Below are positions 48,365 through 60,900 of a stretch of DNA of 64,000 nucleotides, piece by piece; position 1 is the first letter of the stretch; every line of letters begins with the position of its first letter. This DNA is from Barthelona sp. PCE. Its lineage: Eukaryota. The stretch covers positions 1,302,001-1,366,000 of the forward strand of contig JAUFOR010000003.1 of assembly GCA_040285745.1 (NCBI GenBank), in the 5' to 3' direction. A program made the translations under genes and the position numbers. The notes under the pieces were generated by a model. That model made no database searches and was not told the origin of the DNA. It worked only from the letters and a program-made list of their open reading frames with translations.

Positions 48365-48966
48365 TGATTAAATATGCAACCTGCAAGTAAAGAGGTAAAA
48401 AAAGAAGGGTAAGAGGTTGAAAAACTTGTAATGGTAAAGAAAGTACTCTTTGTAAGCGAGACTACCAGAATAGATCTTATACTGAGGCTATTCCACGGTC
48501 CCGGAAATGAATAACGTCAGTAAGTAAAGGAACTGAGTTTTTTAAATAATTACCTTTTTACTCTTTTTCGTTTCTATAAATTCTGCTACTAAACTTAATA
48601 AGGAAAATATAACCCAAAACGGGAAAAAATATCACCTATTAGCAATAACATTTCTGAGATTAATAACAAACATGAATAATCATTTATTTAACAAAATGTG
48701 TTGGCTTTCTGACTTACCAAAAAGACCAAACAATGAGAATGTATACGTTATGATGCATTGAAACAGAATAATCATATTCCAGCTTGCTGAAAGTTAATAT
48801 GTTCATCAGTATGTATAAATATTGTTGTACAAACAAAAACTCCTACTTCAGGTGAATATCCCCACATTCATTAATGATAGGATCACCAACGTTCGGGAAC
48901 GAAATCATAGCAGACCATAACACTTTAAAACTTTCAAGTTTATTCAGCCAATATATGCATTGTTTA

Positions 48967-51900
48967 TTATTCGCTGACAAAGCAGTACGTTCCGGCTCTC
49001 CACAGCTGTTCCGCTGAGAAGTCATCAACAAAGTGAATATTTGCGACAAAACTGTGACATCCTTTAGAAATGTAAAGTGGCACATACGGCGTGTTATTGA
49101 TTTCATCCTTACTGACAATGGACAGGAATCCCTCCAAAGTGGCGACTTTAGATGATGTAAGGAATCCATCCTCCGTGCGACATGTACACTTGAGTTGACT
49201 GATAGGAAGCTGTTCTTTTCCGGCTGTTGGTGTTTCCTCAAAGAGGAAGTGCATTTCCTCGGTGATAGGCCCTTCGACATCAATGTAGAAAGAACTAAGG
49301 AGCTGTTCTAAGGATACAATACCAAATAATTTAATTGACTCTCCGAATCCCTCATTTAAGAATGCTGTAATTCCCTCAACAAAGGTGCTAAGCACATCAA
49401 GGGACGAGATATTCGAAAGGTGTGGTGGTAATATATCGGTGATTTGTGAAGGTGTTTTTCCCGTACCAACAGTGTTTAGTAAAGTGAGCTGTGATGAGCG
49501 CATATGTGTTTCCTGAGAGTGGCACAGAGAAATGAGCCCATGTACGACATTAAGAAGGATAGATGAGAACTTCTTATGTGCAATGACACAATGGCTGCGG
49601 AAATTATTGTTATTTGTTGTGCACTGCAAAATAGCACTTTCAAGAGTGTTGTGCAAGGAGCTCAATATTTCTAAAACAGCATCCTTTGATACGATAATTG
49701 CTTCCTCGCGAATGTCTTCAGCCTTACTACGGAGGGACAAATCGTGAAGTGTTGAGAAAAACTCCTGCGATTCAGCCAAAAGTTTAACAGTGTTAATATC
49801 GTCACAGAAACCATATGTGGTTGAGTCATTGATGTTCTCAAGCTCAGATAAGTAAGTACTCACAGAATCGAACGTTGGAGCCAGCGGAATAGGCTCCTTC
49901 TGAAGCGAAAGATCACCCTCGATTGTACTGCTGTTCAGGAGTTCATTAACATGTGACAAGAATACTTTCTTATCGAATGTGTCAACAATACGGCCACCAT
50001 GAGAGAAACTGTAAAGTGCACTGAAAATATCCGAAAGGGACAAATCTTCGAGAGAAAGCGAAATTCGGTCTTTGGGAATGACACTATCAACAAAGGTGAG
50101 GCATGCTTCAAAATCAGCAACAGAGAAGTCATAAACCTTATGCCAACCGTATGTACCAAATTCACTACGACATACAAATAGTGAGTGTACCCATGTCAGC
50201 AGCAACTGCAGTCGAATACCAACTGCAGTATTTTGTAGTAGCTGTGAGGGAATCATGTTGAATAGACGGTGTGCCAGACGAGAATGAGACTTCTCTGCCT
50301 GGAATACGAATTTGTGGCAACTTAGGAGTACGGACTCTGGGAAGGTGACGCCCAACTCAGAAGTTAGAATCAGACGGAAGCTCTTGTGAAGTTTCTTCGT
50401 GTTGATGAAGTGGAGGAGTTCATCTACCCAACCAGGAACAAGCTGAACGTTTTTGAAGATCAGTATATGTCCACTACTAGCACTCTTTGCAAGGAGCATG
50501 CGCGCATCTTGCAACAGCTGTCTGTCGAGACCACATGCCAACGCAACAACCTTCTGATTAACGCTATCCGAGGAAGTCAGGAACTGCTCAATCGCTCCAG
50601 ACATATCAAAGCCGGGATTGCTGATCACCAACACTGGCTCACGACCTGTAACTGAATTCAATCTAGCCTCGATCGCCTGTAATGGGTTGGCACCTGGTGC
50701 TACTCCAACAGCTGTAGAGATATGGTTATCTACAATGCTGGCGTAGTGTGCTGGGTTTGCTTTGACTTGTTCATACAGCTCAGCATATGTGCTATCGATG
50801 CCGCTAAGCACTGGCTCGGTGTTAAATTGTGTAAAGTTCTTTACGTAAGATCTGGATACATTATCGGAGACAAGACTCAAAGATAAGAAGAACAGTAACT
50901 TATCGTTGTAGTTCACGAAAGAATGTTCAAAGTGTTTCGCTGCGTTGGTAACGAATCTCGATGACAGCTCATTGTTCCTTTCATCAGCGGAAATGCCTTC
51001 ATCAAACTTATACGTGACGACAGAGTCAAAGACATGCCACAGCGCGTTCAGTGAGAAGAAATAAAGCGGGTTGATGGTTGAGAAAGACTGCAAACATTCA
51101 TAGACATTGCCAAGAAGCTTGCTGCACGGTGCAAAGATGTTGCTCTGTGCCTCAAGTTCTATGAGAGAGTTTCGCACGACAGACGACGATTCCTCAAGCT
51201 CAGAAACCTTAGTTTTCAGCTCACTAAGCGTATCCAACAATACATTATCACTCAGAAGATCACCGCTCGACTGAACCAAAGTCATAAGTAGTTTATCCTC
51301 GCTGCTTCGGATCTCTCTGGCTACACTTATCTCCTGAGACATGAGGACATCGCGCTCCTTGAAAAGCTGTGGTTCTTGACATTTGAGAATATGAATGAGA
51401 GCACGGTTGCCCAATGCGGCTCCAGTCATCGTGTAGTTGACAACTGCAAGCCTTGCAAGTAGACTGCTGCACAGAACAGTATCAATAGACGAGTCAGTTG
51501 TACTCAAAACCAGTCTAAAACTGGGACTGACATTAACAACATCCTCTCCTACCTTAATTGTTCGCTTACCATCAACAATTTTGACACGATCTTCAATTAT
51601 AGGCAGTACAATAGGGTCAAATCTTTCAGTGTTCTTAACAACAAGTGTAAGACCAAACCTGAGAGCGCTTGTTAGTTTGGACTTGAACGTGTCATCAATA
51701 AAGCTGGTGATCTGTATGTCGCTACCAAACACACGGGTGAATGTCTCGTTGTTGTCAGCAGGATCGATTATGAGTGGAACAGTGTTTGTATATGAAGCCA
51801 TCAGTAGAAGTGAAACATTTTCACGTTCAGCATGTGGAATCTCCTCAAAGTCCCTGTTAGAGAGCTCAAGGAGGCGCTCAACTATCGGGAATTTAGCTGT

Positions 51901-54900
51901 ATTGAATCCATTCTTTTTGAAGATGCTGTTGATCGAAACGACCAGTTGTTGGCGCTTCTCATGGGTGAAACTTCCCGCAAAGGACACGTAAGAAGCCATT
52001 GTCAATGCGTTTGCCATAACAAACTGCTCCTGTTGTGAGAACTGCTCAAGCTCAGCCTGCCATCTTTTCTGTTCGCCACTTAAATCCCCAAAAAGCTGTG
52101 TGGCTCGCAATATATTGCTCTCAGTCTTGCGTATCTGATCAGCAATACTCTGCTTAGCAATTGTAAGTGCATCAAAGTCATCTCTCAGTGTTTTCAAGGT
52201 TGTTACTAAATGCTGCAGGTCAGTGTCCACATCCTTCTTCTTGAGGGATAAATCACGGGCCTCAGCTTCCAACTTCTGTAGCTCGAGGCGCAAAGGTTTT
52301 ACCTGAGCAAAAATCGTCATATACTTTAACTGAGCTTCCATCCAACCAAAAATGGTTCCAGCAGGGACACTGGCTCTCGTGATGGTGTGTTTGGTGAGGT
52401 TGTGCTTCTCAATGAGTCGCATCACAGCACGGATTGTGTCAGATGAAACACGAGACCTGGCGGCATCAAAGGTTAGAATATCGTGAATGATTTCAGGTTT
52501 GACATCGCGTCGTAGCGTGCCCCAGTCATCAATGATGCCCTTTCCGTACAGGAACGCAACGATGCATGCGAGCGTTGCCTTTACCGATGAGGGAGGATTT
52601 GCCAGACGACGGACTTCATCAATGGAGCGCCTATCGATAGCTTCCAGAGAAGACTTAGCTTCAGCAATGGCAGGTTCTGCAGCACTCAACTGTGATCGCA
52701 CTGATTGGGACTGTTCGCTAATGTAAGCTGACTTCGTGTGTATGAGACTTGCGAGTTCTCTGCTCTCCTTCTCAGCACGTTGGTTATGATCCATTGCTGA
52801 TGTCATTTCAGCAAGCTTAATATCAGCCTCTTCCTCTTTTGTATTGAGGAGCTTGCGTTTTTCAGCTAGGTCCTCCTGAACGTGAGCAATCTGAGCACCT
52901 GCCATAGTCATCTTGAGCAAACCTGCTTCGAGATGGGACTGTTGTTCGAGACTCTTATTTACCACTTCTTGCACGATGTCAACAGTGTTGCTAATGAAAG
53001 TGCAGAACGCACGTGGAGTTGCGTTTTCGATGGATCCATGAATTTCACACATGAGATCAGCCAACTTTTGGCGAAGATCTTGTAGATCCTGAACGGTAGG
53101 GGTACCGTTCTTATTCAGAACACGGCAGCAGAAGTCAGCAGGGAGGTTGATTCTGTTCATAAAGAGTTCTGCCAATTGGTAACGCTCCGTCGCACTCCAG
53201 TCGAAGAAATGGTCAATGACACATCTGTTCAACAACGCTGGAGAAATATCAAGACCGATGCGACCAGTGGGTGACACGTCAGCAGCAGACATGAATACGA
53301 CGTGGAGACACTCCTGAACGTTTGTTACGAACTCGCTGTGATATACTGAACGCTTTTGTTCCTCATTGAGAAGTGCTATGCTGCTTCGATCTTTCTTTGA
53401 GTGCAGCTCCGTGAACAGGGCATCCCAATCACTTTCATTGAAGATTCCTGGAATCTCTCCGCTTGCCAACAATGCGTTCATATACTCTAAGAACGCTGAT
53501 GACAGGGAATCTGTGTCCAAGTTGAATACAAAGATTATCTTCTCTCTGTTCACACCAGTGCGCCTTAAGAGGTCCTTTAGGTTCTCCTCGAAGTCATGTA
53601 GTGTGTATTTGGCGGAAATGGGAAGCATAAACACCGAATAGTCAAGAACGCTAGCGATGAACTCAGTAATGAGTGACTTACCCAGGCCAGGGGCGCCCAG
53701 TAGAATAAGGTGCCCCGATGCCTGTCTAAGGACACGATCAATGCGTGTCATGTGGGAAATGAAGGTGTCAAAGAGTACCAGATCGTTTGATGAATATCCC
53801 TCAACTGTCATAAGGCGCTGGATCAGGGAGCGGCGGATGTTCTCCGTGTCAGAGACATGTTGGTAGAAGCCTGTCTGGAGACTTGAGAATATGACATCGT
53901 TGTTCAGCATCAGTCCCTCAATGTGAGTTGCTACCTCAGGGAAGTTTTCTCTCAAACCCTGAGTGATGCACTGCACAACATCGTCACGTTCATCAGCAGT
54001 GATGATGCGATCGATGAAAACTCTGAACAATTCTTGAACGAGACCCAAAACTATATAATCCAGGCTGAGTTTAGTTCGTAATTCATTTAGTTCCAACTGA
54101 ATATTGCTGAGATCCATTGTGTCAGCCACTCCGAAAGTGACAACTTGGTGAAGACCTCGGCATATCCTTGTTAGTTCACGGGGTGAATACGAATAGTGCG
54201 GTTGTAAATCAACAGTAAGTTCTTTAGACACATACTCGTACACAGACACTGCATACTTGGCGAGTTTTGGTGCAATGTCAACATGGTTTGTTGTTTTAAG
54301 CGCGGTGTGAAACATAAACGAGTAAATTTGGCACATTGATTCAGTTGACGGGAATCCTACGTACATGACAGCCACGTGTCTCAGCAAGTTTGATGGTAGC
54401 GGGCGACGGCCACGCATAGATGGTGGGTTGCAAGCGCACACAAACTGGATTGATGAGTGAAGCTTGACAATAGCACTCTGAGATGGAACGTACACTGCGT
54501 GGTGTTCCAGTGCGAAGCGCAACAGGCTGAGGACGGGTCTGTTGCCGAACATATCCGGCTCAATAAGATTGACCTCATCACAGAATATTAAAAGACGTGT
54601 GATGTTTTTATCCATGGGAGACAGAATGAGGCTTGATGTCGAATCACGGGATAATGTACAGTGATCGAGCAACGTGTTAACAACGTATTCACATCCTGTA
54701 CCAGCAGAGAAACTGAGCGTAACGGTCTTCGTAGCCTCGTCACCACCGAACACATGGTTAACACTGAGTGACTTACCACTACCAGGTGGACCACACATGA
54801 CCAGAGGTACTCCCACTCTGTTGAGAGACGTGAGGAGATGTGTGGTGCGCTTTGTGTCTGTTGTTTCGATAAGAACATTACCAATCGAGGCAGCTTGAGC

Positions 54901-57900
54901 CATCTTCATATTTGCCGAGTTCTTTTCCTCAATACCCTTCAGATACGGAACGAAAATATCTCCTTCGAAACCACCAGTACCAAGTTCAATGTTAATAGGC
55001 AGGGACATAGATTCAAACAGAGAGGTCACCTGCATGTTGACGGCTTGGTGTCCTGTGACGTTTAAGAAAGAACACAGTGCGTTGTAGAGAGCATCAGCAA
55101 CGACAGAAGGCCCGTGAATGTTGGGTCTTGCAGTTGCATCAATAAAGTCCAGCCAGCGTTGGAGAATCATAACAGTTGTTATTTCCATGATGGCAAGGTC
55201 TTCGTCCCTGCTGTTCAGCACTGAAGCGATCAGAGATGTATCGAATTGAGAAAGTGCATCAGGGTTGCCCAGTAAGTACTGCGGATCAAGATCGCCACAA
55301 TCGACGCCAAAAACAAGCTGTGATAGTGCTTCTGCGACATTAGTGCTCACAGATTTAATATGAAGAATGAATTGAAGGACGATCGAAAGCATAATGTTGT
55401 TTGATGCACTGAGATGAAGGGTTTGGTTACGGGAAACTGTTGCCAGTGTTGCGTGCTCAAGTGAGTTAACCTCAAAAACAAGTGTAAAGTTAGGAGGAAC
55501 CCGAAGATGCTCACCGGTTGGCAGAGTCAATGTCTTGTTATCATCGAGAACAGAATTAAGAGACTCAACCCAGATGGGATCAATACCACCGTCGAACACG
55601 CATAGATGCACAGTGTCAAAATCATTGGTGTCATTGACCTCACGCAGTATACTGGTGAACAGTCCATCTACCCATTCAACTGTGATTTCATTCAGCTCAC
55701 CATATAACTGATGTTTCGTGAGCGTCTTCACAGGAATGTGATGGACAATAGTGGGAATATTCCTGAATTGCTGAAGCGACTCATAAATCTTTATGAGACT
55801 AGACTTGCCTGAGCATGTTTCACCCAAGAGGATCACACCCGTGCTCAGTGTAACTAGATGTTGGAAGTCACTCAGCTGTTTCACCGTATCATCAGACAAA
55901 ATGAGTTCATCCTTGAAGCTGCTGATCAGATGAGTGATCTCACTGGATGTGAGGTATACCTCTTCGACGCCAACATTAAAGTACTTATTGAGAGCAAGCG
56001 CAAATATTGATTGGTCAGTGCGTGTAAGTTTGGGTTGGATCGAGGTAGAAATTCCATTGATTAGGATATCTCTTATCTCACCTTCGCTGTCGGATGCGCG
56101 AAGAAGGCTTGCTGTCTTCAGGGCTGCTTTGAGCGCACGCAGTCCGAAGTCATAGTGTGCCTGCTGGCTGAGACAACGCTTGAGTGTTTCGAAAAAGCCA
56201 ACAATACTGGTGCTCATACCGCGACATTCGCCAAAACCTTCACTTAAAAGCAGAATGTCAACAATAAGAGCCTTGTCAGGCTTCTCCATACTGCATGGTC
56301 TGAAAAGTGCCTTTAGGTTATCAGGAAGCTCAGAACGGCCCGCATATCCAATGTTAGCAGTTACAAAAATACCAACATTGTTATTGAGTGCAATGTTTTT
56401 ATGTCTTATCAGATCAACACGCTGAGCCTTGTTTTTGAGCGACGTTTGAATGGCAATAATCTCCTGGGATACCTCAGAGAGTGTACTAACTTCCAGCCTA
56501 TTGAACTCGTCAAAACAACCAAGAGCACCCAACGCACATAGACCTACAAAGATTCGAGACATTGCGTTCAAATCAAAGGAATCATCACAACAGAATACAC
56601 TGACAGGGCGGCCTAGTAACCTACTGAGGTCTTTGACAGACTCAGTCTTGCCTGTACCTGCAGGACCAAATGGTGAACACCCATACTTGAAGTGAAGTGA
56701 TGTACAGAAATTAAAGAAAACTTGACGTGTCAGCGGAGTAACGACTAAACGCTCAGGTACACCAACGTACTCGAAGCCATAATCCAGTTCGGCAACACCA
56801 ATGCGAATTTTGACATCGCAGCTTGCTTTCTTTAACATTGTTTTCTTAGTTTTGGTTACATAAAACCTTAAAGAATTTCTGATAATGTTAGCATCATAAC
56901 CGGTGGCAATGTACTCAGCAATTATTGATTCTACATAAACAGCCTCGATGATGAGATTGCGCTGGTACTTATGTTGTAATGGACTGTCTACCACAATGGT
57001 TGAGAAATCAGAGACGATTGTCTTTAAGCAGTTCAATACTTCGGTCGCCGTGTTCTCAGTTATAGATTCTAGTAACTTTGTGAAGAGCACCTGGATACTA
57101 ACCATTACTGATTGAAACGTATGAGAATGAGTAAGCTTCAAAACATCAATTGCCTGTAGCTCAAGTGCGCTTTCTGGAAGCGTGTCCATAATCGCAATAA
57201 TGTCATCTTTCAAGCGCTTTTTGAGAAGTGCTTCTATTTGACTAAGCCAAGTAATAGCCTCGATACTATCAGTGATTGGAATACCGTTTGTACCAAAATC
57301 AATGTACTCACCTTCAGAAGATTGTACTGCGGTGATGACACGTTTGCTCTCATCATAAGTGAGTCCACTCAATCCAACGAAGAGTTTCGAAAGGTGCTTG
57401 GTCACCAGATGAGGCATGTCAGAATTACTTAACAGCTGCAGAAGATCATCGTTTCCAATGAAGTAGAACCTCGGGAAGGCAGAACGCTGTGTCTCCAAGA
57501 ACTGTGTCAAAGATTGACGAACGGACTGTAGAGAAACAAGCATTTGTTCGAACGTCTGTAAGTTGGCAGGTGTTTTGATCGCCATGATGATATCATCGTC
57601 CCTCAAACCATGGAATATGCGCTGCAACTCCTTATCTATGATAGTAAATGTTTTGGTGTGTTGTCGAAGCGAAGGATGAACAGCACCCTTATTTCGCATA
57701 AAAACTCCGTATAAGTACACATATAACTGCTGTATCTGCGTAACCAACTCAAGCGTGTCTCTGAGCGAAGTCAGATTCGCATTCCAGCTCTGAATAAATG
57801 ATTCAAATACACGTACATAAGGGGAGTGTTTAGTCGCCTCAACGTGACTCAGATCCTCGTTGATCTCATCAACTAAGTTAAGGTTGATGATTAGTAATGT

Positions 57901-60900
57901 ATTCTCGTCACCGTGTAAGTTTCTAAACTCAAGACTCGTTTCTTGGTTCCATTTGACGTTGAGTTCGTCAATGAATGTCTGGATCGCAGCTTCACCAACT
58001 GCTGTCTTGAGGACATCACTAAGCGTTACTCTGAAAGCAGATGATGGATCCGTGAGGCCAAACTCAAGCAGTTTTGCCATTGTAACATTGGCGAAAACTG
58101 GACATCCTAATTTGAGTGCCGAATTAACCGTTGACCAATGGCGCGAACTAAATGAGTCAGACTGTAATTCACTGATAAGATTGAGAGTATTCTTAAACTG
58201 AGTCAGAAAAGCGTTTAGCAAAACATAAAGACTCAGGTTCTGCGATGACATGCTGCTCAAACTAAGCAGTCTTAGACCCTCTGTAGTCTGTTGACGAAGC
58301 TGTTCGACCAAACGAGATCTAAACGCTCCTTGGAACAGCTGGCAAACGATTTGAATGGGTTTCTGGAGATAATCAAACGCATCAGCCAACAAACTAAGAT
58401 CCTTAACGACAGCACTGCAGTTTTGGAGAAGAGAAGAGACGGTGGGGTCGGCTGGAAGACCGATAAGTGAACGAACACTCTTAACAATTTCAATTGTTTC
58501 ACTGATAACATCGGCCTCCTTTGCGTATTCGTCAACACGCGATGTGACAACGGATGGCACGATGGCGTACAAGTCTCCAAAATCGCTCTCCAAAGATTCT
58601 AAAGGAACAGAATCATTGTGATGTTTAGCCAGACTGGCAAAAAAAGTATTGCAGCTGATTATTTCTTTTTGAGTGAATTCTCGAGAGAAAGATCCCTTGA
58701 AAGCTGCCGTAAGAGTATCAAGGCGGGCACTCATAGCATTCTGTGTATTGAAAATCATATCCTGAAGGTCATCTCGATATTCAGAAATTTTTCCTGCAAT
58801 TGTGTCACCTAATGTTTCGATAGCACTGAAAAGTAGGGATATCGCATTATGAGACGTGTAGTTGCCCTCTATGACATCAAAAGAAAGACCGATGCCGTCA
58901 ACATCGTTAGAGAAGAAAATATCTTCAAGCTGTTTCAGAGATCGTAATTGCTCTCTCCATTCAACCTGAGACTCAATGAAACGGCGGTAAGCAACAAGTG
59001 TCGGGATGATACTGGTTAGCTGTGATTCAGAACTCCACTGATGAACTTGTTCCATATTTGTCTTCACATCATTTAACTCTGTGTGAATTTTTCCAACCGC
59101 AGGAATAAAAATGGAGTTGATTGGTTCCTCTGCCAATATCTGAAGATGCGAAACAAGTCCTTTCATAAGTCTTGCTTCAAAACCAGATCTTGTAATCTTG
59201 ACTGCACCAAAGTAGGTAGATGCCATACCTTTTGCTTGGTTAAAGATCATATTTTTCACCTGCAAAACATTCTCAAAGAACTCTTTGACCTCAGGGACAG
59301 TTGTAAGTGAGAGGTTATCTGGGTAAATTTGCCAAATGATCAGACTTGAATGCCAAGATTTCAGCAGTTCAGAAACTCGTTGACTAATTTGGAAAACACA
59401 AGAAAAGGCCTTTTTAAGCAACTCATTAACGTCGGGTACACCCAATAATGATTCATTAAAAGTGCATAATTTGTCATCAATCGAAACTTTGGTGATTCCA
59501 CCAATGTGGTTAAAATAATTCATGATAGTACTGAGCATACGGCCTTCGATTTCAAGAGCAGGGGGATCGATAGCAACCCGATTTCTACTCCTATCAATGG
59601 ATAGATTTGTTACAAAACGGAAAGGTATAGTCAAATCAAGGGAAGATCTTTGGACTTTTGCTTTTTCGAAGCTGTATTTCTCAACATTTTCAAAACTAGC
59701 ATCTTGCTCAAGCTCCTCGATGTCAAAATGCTGATACATCAATTTGTTTAAGAAAAGAGAGGAATGCTTTGACAGAGCAGCTAAAATTCGCTCATTTATA
59801 TTGCAAACAAACTCTTCAATTGAAACAGCGCACTTTTTCTTGATAATTAGTACTTCAGATTGTATTTCATTAATATGATCACCGAAAAGGTGTCCATGGC
59901 CGTTCTTGACCAAGCGATTCCATTCATTAATAAAGAAAACCGGATCATGCAATTCGGAAATTCCTGTATTGATGCGTTGCACGTGAGGTTTAAGGCTGTT
60001 ATGCATATCTAATAAAATATGAATATGGTGAATAAGATCGTCGCATAATTGTTGGAAATTTGCTTGGATTAGACCCATGAGAAAATCACGACCCTTTGAT
60101 CCCTTAACAACAGCGAGTCTGTCAACATGATAGCGTGTGCTAAGGATAGATCTGCTCAATAAAGAGACAAAATTCGTACCCTGGATCTCTTTCATGAGAT
60201 TATTAAAGCATTTTAGGCTGATATCAACACCAATCAAGACTGGTGAGAACTGGCTCGCGGTTTTCAGTTGTCTATCCATCTGTGCTGGAAAAACTGTCGT
60301 CGATTTCGTTACTCGTCTAAACAATTCGTAGTTCTTGTACGCATTAGACTGATTCATGATTGTCTCTGTCAGCACCGTGTGGAGTTCCATCGATCCGGTA
60401 TCAACTCGAATCAGAGGATATTTCATTTCAATTGGTACCTTCTCAATAGTAGAATTGATCGATTCAACCACAGATGAAGCCACCTGTGTAGATGCTGTAA
60501 CCTCAATAAGATTGTTGATGTCAGCGGCAACAGGACGCCATGAATGTGCGAAACGCCAGTTGGTACCCAGTAGAGCGTTTAACTTGTTGACTAGAGTATC
60601 CACTCGATGTTTAACGATGATCTTTGTCTGCATCAGCGAAACATTGTTGTCATAACTGTACAGACCCGTTGCACGGATCGCAGCACCGTATGAATCAGAG
60701 GAGTTGAACATGATAGTCTTGAGGCGCTTAACTTCTTGGATGAGGGTAGGAAGGAACTGGCGCTGATATGCAGACAGAGCACTTCTGATAACTGGGCGTT
60801 CTCTGACGCTCTGAAAGCGCTCAAAAACACCAAAAATATCAGCGCTGGTTGTAATTTGCTCACAATGATAACTTAGTAGTTCAAGCAGCACGTCATCGAG

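Noticed and set aside
48750..48920. C/D-box-like strings downstream of dynein, and ORF 48843-49283
   Set aside because: The boxes are imperfect, with no terminal stem or recognisable antisense guide. The ORF is an off-frame overlap of the dynein C-terminus.
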